A stretch of DNA of 64,000 bases, taken from a virus (Duplodnaviria; Caudoviricetes). Positions 1 to 9,753 of this stretch are shown in pieces (positions within the stretch are counted from its first letter, which is position 1; each line of letters starts with the position of its first letter). The stretch lies in IMG/VR virus record IMGVR_UViG_3300021399_000005, positions 64,001 to 128,000 of that record. One strand, written 5' to 3'. The position numbers and the translations under genes are program-made. Under the pieces are notes generated by a model. That model made no database searches. It was not told the origin of the DNA and saw nothing but the letters and a program-made list of their open reading frames with translations.

Positions 1-1509
1 TGCAATAATAATATCTTTTAATAAAACAAGAGGTTCTTCTACTCCTTGACCCCATAAATCATCTGATTCAGCAATAGACAGAATATCATCTTCATGATAT
101 GGAAGATTTTCTCCAGTAATTACCAAATCAACATTATATTGAGCAGAGAATTTTGCGTCTTTTAAAATTTCATTACTATATTCTATAAACTTGCTGATAT
201 TCGGTTCGGAGATGATTACACCGAATGCGTTGTCATGCCCCTGAGCAAGTTCAAAATATCCACTATTCTTTGCAAGTTGTTGTAAAGATGGGAGCGCGCT
301 TGAAGGAGTGTTTCTACCAGAACCGCCCCAGAAGACCTTTCCAGTTTCTCTATCTATTGTTTTATTTAATAACATAACAGGATGTCCATATGTTGACATA
401 ATTTTATTTGCAATAAGACCAGTAATCTCTCTATCTTTTTCATCTGGATTATCAATTTGGACTAAAAGAATTTTATTCTCTAATAAGTTATTATCTTCAA
501 TTTGCTGTTGTAAGCTTTCAAATAAGCTATCTCTTTCTTTGTTTTGTCTATTTCTAACGTTTGCGCAAGTACGAATAGATTGCTCTATAATTGTTTCCAT
601 TTCTCCCTTATGCCCACGTTTTGTAGAAGGTATTTCTGTATATGCCATATAATCTAACATTGACTTGAACAACAGGGTTTTTTCCTCTTGTGTTCCCACT
701 CGTGTAACTGCATTAACAGCTGGAGCGATATACCAAGACACACCCTTAGGCGTAACTTTATCTTTCATATTGTAAGAATTTTTTTCTACCATTTTTACCA
801 TAAAGGGAGTCCAAATGTGAGCACATCCTTTTTCTACAATTCTATGCGTTTCGTATTGGCGCAAATCCATTGCGTCTGCTAAAACACCAAGAGCAACTAA
901 GTCTAAATAATAATCAGCAATATTGTCATTAAAGAAAGAGTCTAAATAACTACAAAATTTCCAAACCATAGCAACGCCAGACAAAGATTTTGTTGGATAG
1001 TTTTCATCCAACTGATTGTTTATAACAATAGCATCTTCTGAATAATGACTTGCATTATGATGGTCAATAATAATTACTTTTCTACCTTCTTTTGCTAATT
1101 GCGCATGGATGTTGTATTCCTCACTACCAGCATCTGGGCAAAGAACCAAAGTAGCTTCGCAAGCAGAAATTAAATTTGTTAATAGTCCATGTGTTTTTCC
1201 TTCGTGCATCCCAAAATGAACTTTGTTATCAACCCAGGTTGGAAAACGTCTATGAAGGTAATTAATTAAAACTGCTGCGCTAGTATACCCATCACAATCA
1301 CTGTCCACGTTCACAAAACATGTTTCGTTATTATGGATAGCCTGAACAAGGCATTGCGCTGCTTCTTTCATATTTCTTATTGTCGCAGGATTAATTATAT
1401 CTTCATCTGAAACATTTAAATAGTGGGCAGGATCTTCTATCCCTCTATTTTTTAAAACTTGAATTAAACTAAAATTTTCTGAATCTTCATTAAGAATTTT
1501 ATACTCCAT
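1..1509 (-). CDS. recJ: RecJ-like single-stranded DNA exonuclease (DHH/DHHA1), runs off window start
   Basis: Absent from the ORF track because it is truncated. Manual translation from ATG 1509 gives MEYKILNED..VDSDCDGYTSAA..HGL..PDAGS..IIDHH..LSGVAMVWK..LDLVALGVLAD..GSGR..GHDNAFG, which are DHH-family motifs. Confidence 0.9.
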   Translation of the reverse strand, partial: MEYKILNEDSENFSLIQVLKNRGIEDPAHYLNVSDEDIINPATIRNMKEAAQCLVQAIHNNETCFVNVDSDCDGYTSAAVLINYLHRRFPTWVDNKVHFGMHEGKTHGLLTNLISACEATLVLCPDAGSEEYNIHAQLAKEGRKVIIIDHHNASHYSEDAIVINNQLDENYPTKSLSGVAMVWKFCSYLDSFFNDNIADYYLDLVALGVLADAMDLRQYETHRIVEKGCAHIWTPFMVKMVEKNSYNMKDKVTPKGVSWYIAPAVNAVTRVGTQEEKTLLFKSMLDYMAYTEIPSTKRGHKGEMETIIEQSIRTCANVRNRQNKERDSLFESLQQQIEDNNLLENKILLVQIDNPDEKDREITGLIANKIMSTYGHPVMLLNKTIDRETGKVFWGGSGRNTPSSALPSLQQLAKNSGYFELAQGHDNAFGVIISEPNISKFIEYSNEILKDAKFSAQYNVDLVITGENLPYHEDDILSIAESDDLWGQGVEEPLVLLKDIIIA

Positions 1510-1696
1510 GTTCAACGCTATCCTTTCTTACAATTAATGTATCACCAACTTTAAAATGAACTCCTTTATACTCATACTCTTCTGTTGGCAAAGCATTTAT
1601 ATTATAACTATCTCTAATATATAAAAATACATCCAATATATCATCTGTTTTATCTATTTTAACTTTTATGTAATCTTTATTTCTTTCTATAATCAT
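1499..1696 (-). CDS. hypothetical protein
   Basis: Short ORF coupled between the primase and RecJ genes. Confidence 0.6.
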   Translation of the reverse strand: MIIERNKDYIKVKIDKTDDILDVFLYIRDSYNINALPTEEYEYKGVHFKVGDTLIVRKDSVEHGV

Positions 1697-1697
1697 T

Positions 1698-2807
1698 TTA
1701 AATATTCCTCTTTCTATCCTTAAATAATGTTAAAAACTTCTCCATGCCCTCATCAATCGGGGCTGCTTTATAATCAGTAATTTTTTTATAGTCTATTATA
1801 AAAGAAATATTTGTATAATTCTTATATCTTTGTTGTATCTTTTTAAAGTTTTTAATTAACTTTAAATATTCATCATCCCCAAGTTTTTGAAATTGTCGGT
1901 CAAAAGCAATAATAACTTCTTTAACACCAAGCTTGAGTAATAATTGCATTTGGTAATTTGATATGTTACTACCGCAGCACGCCACAGAAAAATCATTATC
2001 TCCAAAATAGGTTTGGAATTTAAGAGAGGACTTTTCTGATTCAAATATAATTGCGGTTTTAGTATTTTTAATCACTTCTTTTGAGTTATTTAAATTATAT
2101 AAATTTAAACCAAGTGGATGATTATATTGTTTTTTATTTACTACAATAGGACGATATTTCCCATACGCTTCTGCTTCTGACTTAATCATTGTTCGTCCTC
2201 TAATTCCAATCAAACGATTATCTATGTCATAATGCGGAATTGTTATTTGCGCACCGCCAGGAAAATATCCAATTCTATTCTTGTCTAAAACCTCTTGGCT
2301 AATATCTTCCATTAACCAAGGAACCAGTTTAATTTTATAATTAAATCTATCTAAAATATTTGAATCATACTCTTCTAAAAGAATTGAAGTATCTTTTACG
2401 GAAATCTCTTTAATTCTATCATAATTCTCAAATATTTCCCAATCCTTTAACTTCTGGAGGTCTTCAAAATCTTTTGAGGTTTCGGAAAAACCAAAAGTTG
2501 TAGCCACAAAATTAATTGCTTCATTTAGCTTTAAATCTACTCCCTTTTGAATCTTAAATATTTTTTGAGTTAATTCAAAAATATCAAAACCACCATCTCC
2601 ACCAGAGTAACTTACAAATAGTTTTGAATTATCATAATAATAGAGTTTGCGCGAACCGGTATGTGCGGGGTTGTGATCAATTGTTTGCGCAACAATCCCA
2701 TCTTTTGTATATTGAGGTTCTCCTCCAAAATCTTGCAAAAAATCAAATATATTTTCTAAAGTTAAGTTTTCTTTTACCTCATCTTTAAAAAGCATGTTTT
2801 TCTCCAA
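1698..2807 (-). CDS. DNA primase (DnaG-like TOPRIM; N-terminal zinc finger degenerate)
   Basis: ITIPHYD..LIGIRGR, LYNLN, IIFESEKS and IIAFD TOPRIM motifs; adjacent to the helicase. Confidence 0.85.
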   Translation of the reverse strand: MEKNMLFKDEVKENLTLENIFDFLQDFGGEPQYTKDGIVAQTIDHNPAHTGSRKLYYYDNSKLFVSYSGGDGGFDIFELTQKIFKIQKGVDLKLNEAINFVATTFGFSETSKDFEDLQKLKDWEIFENYDRIKEISVKDTSILLEEYDSNILDRFNYKIKLVPWLMEDISQEVLDKNRIGYFPGGAQITIPHYDIDNRLIGIRGRTMIKSEAEAYGKYRPIVVNKKQYNHPLGLNLYNLNNSKEVIKNTKTAIIFESEKSSLKFQTYFGDNDFSVACCGSNISNYQMQLLLKLGVKEVIIAFDRQFQKLGDDEYLKLIKNFKKIQQRYKNYTNISFIIDYKKITDYKAAPIDEGMEKFLTLFKDRKRNI

Positions 2808-4317
2808 CCTCTATTTTAAAATCATCAATATATATTAACTCATAATCATAGCCTGTCATAAATAATGGTTCTACTCTACATGTGCCAAGATTTCCTCTAC
2901 ACCAAAGATAAACACCTTTATATTTTCCCCTTCTGTTTTTATATATAGATAGTTTTAAATTAGGTTTTTCAAAACCATTTTCACCTAAAACAGAAGTTAA
3001 AGATTCTATATCCTGTTGTTTAGCTGGAAGAAGAATCATTCCTAAATCTATTCTATCTGCTATACTTTTTGCGCCTCGAAGTAGATTCTGGTCTGGAGTA
3101 TCGGAAATTGCATAGTCACCATTTAACTGTGTACTAGACAAAATAAAAATTCCATATTGATTGCAAATGTCTTTTAATCTTGCTGACAACATAAAAAGAA
3201 CATTATCTTCTCTGATTTTTACTCCTCCACTACGACGACTAATTTCTTCTAAGATTTTTAAACTTGTGTGTATATAGTCGAATCCTACATAACGCACATT
3301 ATATTCTCTAACAGCTCTTTTTATTCTATTTTCAACATCTTGAAGGGAAAAGTCATGCATAACTTCAATTCTTAATGGACTTCTTTTTAATATCTCTGCA
3401 GCTTTTAAAACTCTTGCTTCCTCACCTTCTTGATACCACCCATTTAAAATATGGTCTTCTTCAACGTTTGATAAAAAAGCAAGCATCATTGTTTGAACCT
3501 CTCCTAAATCCTGCTCTGTTGTAATATAAAGACAAGGTTCAGAAGTTCCGTTCCATACCCATCCAAAATCATCATAATAAATCATGTCACAGGCAAAATT
3601 ACAAATATCGGCAATCATTGTTCTTGATTTACCTACTCCAGTAGGCGCTGAACGCAAATAAAACTTTCCCAATCTTGCTCCTCTTGTAACCGTATTTATA
3701 AGAGAGCCATACATTGGAACACCAACTTCTGGATGTTTCTTTAAGTTTTCTAAAAGATCTTCTATACCGTCTCCGGCTTGATATTCCTCAAAACCTTCTC
3801 CACCTACATATTCATATCGAATTTTTTCAATAACATTTTCAATCTTTAAAGCAATAGCCTCTAAAGAACTTCCATCTAATTGTTCCTCTTGTCTTTGCTT
3901 CTTTTTGAAATCTAAGACTTCTTCTGGGTCATAAATAAAACTTACATCAATCCCATAATTATCATAAGCTCTTAACAAAGACATTTTCTTCATTCTATTG
4001 TAATAATAGTCAAAAGAAGTAGACACACTTTGTTCAGATGCTTTTAATAACCATTCTTCTCCTTTTTCTTTTTTAAATATAGCTTCACTTTTTGGGCGAG
4101 AAGATAAAAAATCACAAATATTTTCTATTGTGATTTCTTTTGCTCCCAACTCATATAACTTATATATTGAACCAAAAACAATTTTATGAAAATCTTCAAC
4201 AAAATCATTTTCAGTTATTGAATATTTATCACCATAATCTAAGATTTTTGGAGAATTAAAAACATTTCCAATTACTTGAACAATAGCGGTTGTATCAACA
4301 TATTTACTCTTCATCAC
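2785..4317 (-). CDS. dnaB: replicative DNA helicase (DnaB/SF4)
   Basis: Walker A SAPTGVGKS, ITTEQ, VGFDYI, STQLN and KNRRG motifs. Confidence 0.9.
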   Translation of the reverse strand: MMKSKYVDTTAIVQVIGNVFNSPKILDYGDKYSITENDFVEDFHKIVFGSIYKLYELGAKEITIENICDFLSSRPKSEAIFKKEKGEEWLLKASEQSVSTSFDYYYNRMKKMSLLRAYDNYGIDVSFIYDPEEVLDFKKKQRQEEQLDGSSLEAIALKIENVIEKIRYEYVGGEGFEEYQAGDGIEDLLENLKKHPEVGVPMYGSLINTVTRGARLGKFYLRSAPTGVGKSRTMIADICNFACDMIYYDDFGWVWNGTSEPCLYITTEQDLGEVQTMMLAFLSNVEEDHILNGWYQEGEEARVLKAAEILKRSPLRIEVMHDFSLQDVENRIKRAVREYNVRYVGFDYIHTSLKILEEISRRSGGVKIREDNVLFMLSARLKDICNQYGIFILSSTQLNGDYAISDTPDQNLLRGAKSIADRIDLGMILLPAKQQDIESLTSVLGENGFEKPNLKLSIYKNRRGKYKGVYLWCRGNLGTCRVEPLFMTGYDYELIYIDDFKIEVGEKHAF

Positions 4318-4822
4318 CTAACTCCTCCTCATCTAAAAAAGAGAATTGTTTTTTCTTTCTGGTTTCTTTTTTTGGTGACTCTATTTGTATAACTATTTGT
4401 TGTGGTCTATACTGTTCTAATACTTTTACTTTATTTTTTTGATTTGCTTGCCAAATATTGTAATAATAGTTTCTACTTTCTTCGTAAATGAATGGTACAA
4501 TACCAATTCCGCCATTTGCTTTATCTAAAGAATTTCCTTTTATTTCATAAAAATAATATAATGACTTAAAAATCCCTGAATAGGTATAATTTTTGTTTTC
4601 TTTCATCATTTTTTTAATTTGCTGCTCTGCCTTTAAAGGAACAGAATCAACATTAAAAAGAGCTTTTATATAATTATATAAATCCTCTTTATCTTTTTCT
4701 ATTTGAACCCTTTTTTCTGCACAAGAAGCATGTAAATACCGTCTTCCTTCTTGTATAAAAGGTTCTGAATTTCTGTCAAAATATTCCCCGCAAACGAGGC
4801 ACTTTACCATTGCTTTAGCCAT
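4304..4822 (-). CDS. phage replication-associated protein with N-terminal Zn ribbon
   Basis: CxxC..HxxC at the N-terminus; GIGIVPFIYEE motif; directly upstream of the helicase. Confidence 0.5.
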   Translation of the reverse strand: MAKAMVKCLVCGEYFDRNSEPFIQEGRRYLHASCAEKRVQIEKDKEDLYNYIKALFNVDSVPLKAEQQIKKMMKENKNYTYSGIFKSLYYFYEIKGNSLDKANGGIGIVPFIYEESRNYYYNIWQANQKNKVKVLEQYRPQQIVIQIESPKKETRKKKQFSFLDEEELGDEE

Positions 4823-4889
4823 ATAATACCCTCTTCTATATATATTATATCATAAAATACAAAAAAAAGCAAGTGTTATACCACTTGCT

Positions 4890-5873
4890 CTATACTAAAT
4901 CCGATTTAATTTCTTCGTTAATAAGATAAATGAATTCAGCTTGCGCCAAAGACGTTTCGGCGACTTTCTTACCTTTTCCAAGGTATTTCTCAATAATTTG
5001 AGTAATTCTTGGTGCATAATATTCTTTATTTTTAGACATTAATGAACCAGCCAATTGATTAAACTCTTTCATCAAAGCATCATAATCATAGTTAGTTTCA
5101 ATAGGAATATTATTATTTCTTTCATTTGTAATAAAAGAACCATTTGTTTCACTAGCTTCTTTATCAATAGCTTCATTTAAAGCATTAACAAGAGTATCAT
5201 ATTCAAACGGAATAACTGGTTTAATATATTTAAATCTACAACCAGTATCTGCGCTATTATCTGGAGAACGAAGAATTAAACGAGTTTTTCCAACTCCATT
5301 TTCTTCATATTTCTCAGCATAGGCATAAATATCTGCCATATTTTTAACTATCTCATTAATTGAATTTGCAGCAGTTGGGACTACTTGGTTATACTCTGTT
5401 CCATCTTTTCTTTTAAAAGTTTTGTCTTTTGAATGAGAAATAAATAAAACTGCATATCCCATTTGAGTAATTGATCTAAATGTATCTTCAAACTCTCTTT
5501 TTAATTTATTCCATCCTTGACCCCATTGAATTTGAGATAATGCATCAACATCATTTTGGCTACATACATACTTCTCACAAAGCGTACCTGCAATATCTAC
5601 TGTATCAATAATTAAGCTATGAAACTTTTCTTTAACATCTGGTTTTTTTAATTCTCTTACAATCTGTTTTAATTCTCCCCATGTGGCGACATCTTGTGCA
5701 TACACACCTGGCAAAGCGTTATAACCTTGTTCAAAGGCTAGAATAAGCGCTCCAGGAAGTTTGGAGCCGAAAGTGGTTTTACCACTTTTCGGTTCTCCAT
5801 AAATATAGGTAATGTAACCACCTAAATCTCGACTAACTTTATGGGGTTCTAAGTTTAATAAACTAATTGCCAT
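4890..5873 (-). CDS. AAA_24/Sak4-like P-loop NTPase (recombination)
   Basis: YGEPKSGKTT, LIIDT and FISH motifs. Confidence 0.75.
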   Translation of the reverse strand: MAISLLNLEPHKVSRDLGGYITYIYGEPKSGKTTFGSKLPGALILAFEQGYNALPGVYAQDVATWGELKQIVRELKKPDVKEKFHSLIIDTVDIAGTLCEKYVCSQNDVDALSQIQWGQGWNKLKREFEDTFRSITQMGYAVLFISHSKDKTFKRKDGTEYNQVVPTAANSINEIVKNMADIYAYAEKYEENGVGKTRLILRSPDNSADTGCRFKYIKPVIPFEYDTLVNALNEAIDKEASETNGSFITNERNNNIPIETNYDYDALMKEFNQLAGSLMSKNKEYYAPRITQIIEKYLGKGKKVAETSLAQAEFIYLINEEIKSDLV

Positions 5874-5893
5874 TATTCTTTAACCCCCTTTTC

Positions 5894-6829
5894 TTAGAAA
5901 TCAAATTCTTTATTTGTGATGTTTGTTTTAGGAGTAGGAGCAACTACTCTACTCTTTAACTCTGCAAGCATCATTTCTCTTTCTTGCATTTTTTCTGTTA
6001 ATTCTGCTTTTGTGATGTCAGCTTCTTCATCTTCATTTTCACCAACTTCATATGGAGATAATGCAGACTGTGTAACAATAAATGCTCTATTTGTTGAAGT
6101 CGTCTCGTGAACTAAATCTTCTCCCCATGCAGATTCTTCAGTCCATTTTCTTACTACTGTCTCAGATACTTCTGTACCTGTGATTTTTGTAAACATTAAA
6201 TTTTTTGGAGAAATATCTTGGCTTAAGAAATAATCAATGCCACCTTCATTTAAAACTGTAAATTCCATTGGTAAAATTGCATTTCTAAAATCAAAAATAA
6301 CTCCTTTTAAGATTAATTTTCTTGGTTGATTTTTATCTGGGTCTTCTTCAACATCAAGGACTCTATTAATTACCATATCTGCTTCAAATAAAGCTCTTTC
6401 TCGTTCCTTTTCTTTTAAAGGTTTATTTAAAACATGAATAAATCCACCCTGATTAATTCTTTGAGAAACTAATGTAGGTTCTCCACTAGGAGTTTTTTGT
6501 CTATCTGTGTAGAACTCATTTAAAGCAAGAGCTGAGTCTGCTCTAACTTTAACATCTCCGCCATCCATATATGTTTTAAGCTTACCTTCAAGAATGTCGT
6601 TTAAAGTTGCGTAAGTTGCATTATCTCCACCCTTTGAAGTTTTCTTTGTTACATAAGTATAATGAACTTGAACGATATTTGTTAAAGCATCATTAGTGGC
6701 AATATCAATAGTACCTCTAATATATTCAGTTCCTGGTTTCTTACTATTTTCACCAGTCACTCGTTTTTCCAAATTATGCTGATAAAGCGTACCTTCAATA
6801 TAAACTCTGTTAATCATTTTTTGTTTCAT
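5894..6829 (-). CDS. putative single-stranded DNA-binding protein
   Basis: OB-fold-like N-terminus (NRVYIEG), acidic/aromatic C-terminus EFDF, position next to the recombinase. Confidence 0.5.
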   Translation of the reverse strand: MKQKMINRVYIEGTLYQHNLEKRVTGENSKKPGTEYIRGTIDIATNDALTNIVQVHYTYVTKKTSKGGDNATYATLNDILEGKLKTYMDGGDVKVRADSALALNEFYTDRQKTPSGEPTLVSQRINQGGFIHVLNKPLKEKERERALFEADMVINRVLDVEEDPDKNQPRKLILKGVIFDFRNAILPMEFTVLNEGGIDYFLSQDISPKNLMFTKITGTEVSETVVRKWTEESAWGEDLVHETTSTNRAFIVTQSALSPYEVGENEDEEADITKAELTEKMQEREMMLAELKSRVVAPTPKTNITNKEFDF

Positions 6830-6833
6830 TTTT

Positions 6834-7184
6834 CTACTCTCCTATAACGTAATTTTTTCCTTTTTCTGTTAATGTGTAGGTCACTGGACCCGTTCCAATT
6901 TTTTCTACAAAATTATCAGCAACCAATTTGCGCATTGCACCAGACACAACCCTAGAAGAAACTCCTAAATCTAAGGCAATTTCTTTTGAGGTATAAATAG
7001 TTTTGTCTGCATTTTGTAAGAAGGTTAGAATGTTTTTTCCATTATCTGTTAATTCACTTTTCTCTTTATCTTCTTGTTCTAATGCTTTCATCATGGCTTC
7101 GATATTTTCTGTCATTAACTCTTTTGCTAACTCTGGATTAGCTTCAATCAATTTTCTAATAAATTCTAGGAACTCTTTTTTCAT
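6834..7184 (-). CDS. winged-helix DNA-binding protein
   Basis: TSKEIALDLGVSSRVVSGAMRKLV..VEK..YTLTEKG. Confidence 0.75.
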   Translation of the reverse strand: MKKEFLEFIRKLIEANPELAKELMTENIEAMMKALEQEDKEKSELTDNGKNILTFLQNADKTIYTSKEIALDLGVSSRVVSGAMRKLVADNFVEKIGTGPVTYTLTEKGKNYVIGE

Positions 7185-7235
7185 CTCTATCTTTTCTCCT
7201 TACATATATATTATATCATATATTTTATTAATTTT

Positions 7236-7904
7236 CTAATAAAAGATAAGTTCGTCTGCGTAAGGTAGGGTTTTTGCCCAAGAGATAAAATCATTCCATT
7301 CTGACAGTTTGTGCCCTTCTCGTTGAGCGCAAATGCTTCTCAATGTTTCATAATTAAAAGTAATTGTTCTTGTCTGTAACCAGCTTTCTGGCAACAGCTG
7401 AACTAGATGACGCCAAATTGTTTTATCTTTTTTTCGAAGATATTGCTGCCGCAAATCTTCTAAACCATTTATAACAACAGCATCAAATCCATCGTGACCA
7501 TCTAATTCAAAGCAATCGAAAGTAATTGGGGTTGATGCTAATTTGTGCATTGTTGATGTACTATTGGCAACGGTACCGATCTTGTACGTATCCAACTCTT
7601 TCCAAATATAAATGGGCGCAGTAATATCCACACAGACTTGGATTTGGCGAAGGAATTTGCGGTGTTCTGACCCACCCTTAATCAGCCTTTGCGCCAAGTC
7701 TAAATCTTTTTCACCCAGATAAACTACATCCGCGCATACACCTTCAATCTTATCTAATGCTACTGTTGTTTCTGGCATTTCTAAATATTCATTCCATCTT
7801 TTTAAACCAAATATACTGTCTGATTTTGCCCAACTTTGAAGGGGGTTGCGCATACCCATTATTGAACCTTTAAAATTATGAACTGAAGTATTTTCAAATT
7901 TCAT
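7236..7904 (-). CDS. ThyX-like (thymidylate synthase complementing) protein
   Basis: HRKFLR..DITAP..WKELDTY..NSTSTMH..LLPES..R..H..EW pattern of phage ThyX-like proteins; canonical RHR motif not seen. Confidence 0.55.
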   Translation of the reverse strand: MKFENTSVHNFKGSIMGMRNPLQSWAKSDSIFGLKRWNEYLEMPETTVALDKIEGVCADVVYLGEKDLDLAQRLIKGGSEHRKFLRQIQVCVDITAPIYIWKELDTYKIGTVANSTSTMHKLASTPITFDCFELDGHDGFDAVVINGLEDLRQQYLRKKDKTIWRHLVQLLPESWLQTRTITFNYETLRSICAQREGHKLSEWNDFISWAKTLPYADELIFY

Positions 7905-7906
7905 TT

Positions 7907-8188
7907 TTAATCTCCATCTATTGTAAGGCCATATCCTTCTAATTTAGGAACTGCACATCTTACAAATTCTTCTAAATCATCAATAAAAATAGGAGCATTA
8001 TAAGTTAAAATTTCTCCCTTTAAATAAGAAACGTAACTAAAGCAAGAAACATAGCCTAGTCCATATGCTTTTATTTTATTTTCCATCGCATATGGATTTC
8101 TGCACAAAATAACTCCGTTTACATCATGAGCCTGTTTGATTATTGCTTTTGTTTTTCCTGTTCCGGCAGGGCCAATTATTTTTTCCAT
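7907..8188 (-). CDS. small P-loop NTPase-like protein
   Basis: GPAGTGKT and IFIDD within 93 aa. Confidence 0.55.
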   Translation of the reverse strand: MEKIIGPAGTGKTKAIIKQAHDVNGVILCRNPYAMENKIKAYGLGYVSCFSYVSYLKGEILTYNAPIFIDDLEEFVRCAVPKLEGYGLTIDGD

Positions 8189-8189
8189 T

Positions 8190-9092
8190 TTAACTTTTTA
8201 CTCCTTTTAATGTGTTAAGACCGTATTTATTACTTTCATAAAAATCGATCCAATATCTCTCTTTTTCATTTAATTTATCTGCGGTACAAAATTCAAGAAT
8301 CTCGTATGAAAAATTCTCTGGATTTTTTTGTTTCATTGTTGAATATAGCCTATTGTTTGAGCTATTAATTCCAAGACCCGCTTTTATGTGTGTTTTTAAT
8401 CTAGTTGGAATATCTTTACTTTGACCTATGTAGCACATTTCAGTTTCCAAGTCTGTAATTTTATAAATTCCAGTTTTATTATTATCTTTAACTATACGGT
8501 GCATTAAATCATTAACTGGTCTTTCATAATAAACCTTCCAAATAATTTTTTGAATCGCTTCAAAATTTTGTTTTCTAAAATCTTTGAGAGCTTTTTTAAT
8601 GGCTTCAATTTCTTCAATATCATCTTCAGAAAGTTGAATTTTATAAAACTCTCCTTGCTCCTTTATCTCCTGTGCTCGCTTAGCTGCTTCTATTGCTGCG
8701 CTAACGGCTTCTTTGTGTGTTAATTCAATGGCTTTTAAATTTTCTATATTATCTTCAATTATTTTAGCTTGTTCTTGCTTTTCACTAACAAAATTATCAT
8801 AAGAAATTTCTATATCTGCACATCTTTTATCTCTAAACTGTTCTTGTTCTTTTATATAGTCTTTAATAAGTAAATCTACTTCTAACTTTCTTTTTTCCTC
8901 ATAGTTTTGAATAGTTTCTTCAGTATGATTTTTTAAAACTTCTTTTTGAGTTTGTAACTCTGCTACGCTTTTGAGTAAGCGCATACTCTCATCTTCAAGA
9001 ACATCTATTTTTTCTTTTGTCTTTAAACATTTATACGATAAATAACAAAGTACCAATGTGGCAAGAACAAGAGGAAATGCAATATATTCCAT
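8190..9092 (-). CDS. membrane-anchored coiled-coil protein with C-terminal GIY-YIG nuclease domain
   Basis: Hydrophobic N-terminus, coiled coil, GIYKIT..YIGQS..R..E..GLN. Confidence 0.75.
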   Translation of the reverse strand: MEYIAFPLVLATLVLCYLSYKCLKTKEKIDVLEDESMRLLKSVAELQTQKEVLKNHTEETIQNYEEKRKLEVDLLIKDYIKEQEQFRDKRCADIEISYDNFVSEKQEQAKIIEDNIENLKAIELTHKEAVSAAIEAAKRAQEIKEQGEFYKIQLSEDDIEEIEAIKKALKDFRKQNFEAIQKIIWKVYYERPVNDLMHRIVKDNNKTGIYKITDLETEMCYIGQSKDIPTRLKTHIKAGLGINSSNNRLYSTMKQKNPENFSYEILEFCTADKLNEKERYWIDFYESNKYGLNTLKGVKS

Positions 9093-9135
9093 ACTTTTAA
9101 AAAGGAGGGGAGCGTTCCCCTCCTAATCTATAAAA

Positions 9136-9405
9136 TTATTCTTCTGTTGCGTTTACATCAAAAGCCATTCCAGCATCATTCAGCTTTAAGAACTTAACTT
9201 TCTGATGAGTTCCATCAGCTAATTCGATTTCTGCTTCTTCACGGAAACCTAAACCTTTTCTCTGAATTGCAGAAGTAAATGCTCCATCTACCTTATTTTT
9301 CTTTTCAAAACCTAAAGCATCTGCCACATCCTGAGCTGTAAAATCTTCTCCGTTATTTGCCTGTAAGAAAGTAATAATTTTTTTGCTGTTTTCACTAATT
9401 GCCAT
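9136..9405 (-). CDS. winged-helix DNA-binding protein
   Basis: FTAQDVADALG..LNDAG; similar to 6834..7184. Confidence 0.6.
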   Translation of the reverse strand: MAISENSKKIITFLQANNGEDFTAQDVADALGFEKKNKVDGAFTSAIQRKGLGFREEAEIELADGTHQKVKFLKLNDAGMAFDVNATEE

Positions 9406-9439
9406 AATATTTGTCTCCTTCTAAAATTTTCTTCTAATA

Positions 9440-9667
9440 TTAAGATTTTGCGTTCTGTTTTTTAATGTATTTTTGTATCATCTCATCTAATACGACCATT
9501 GCTTCAAGTCGTTCTTCTGGAGTTTTTCCACTTACTTTAGAACTTGCCTCTACGATTGCGTTCTCATAAAAGTTTTTTAAAAATGTGTCTTCTTCTTTGA
9601 CATTGTCCAATTCAATCTGTAGAGAAGCTATTTCTTTAGCAAGTCTTTTTAACTCATTTCTTTTCAT
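9440..9667 (-). CDS. hypothetical protein
   Basis: ORF downstream of a promoter-like TATAAT. Confidence 0.6.
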   Translation of the reverse strand: MKRNELKRLAKEIASLQIELDNVKEEDTFLKNFYENAIVEASSKVSGKTPEERLEAMVVLDEMIQKYIKKQNAKS

Positions 9668-9753
9668 ATTTTTTACGGAACCTTTCTTCTTAATACATTT
9701 ATATTATACGAAAAATTTTGATCTTTTGAAAATAAAATGAAAAGAAGGCTAAC

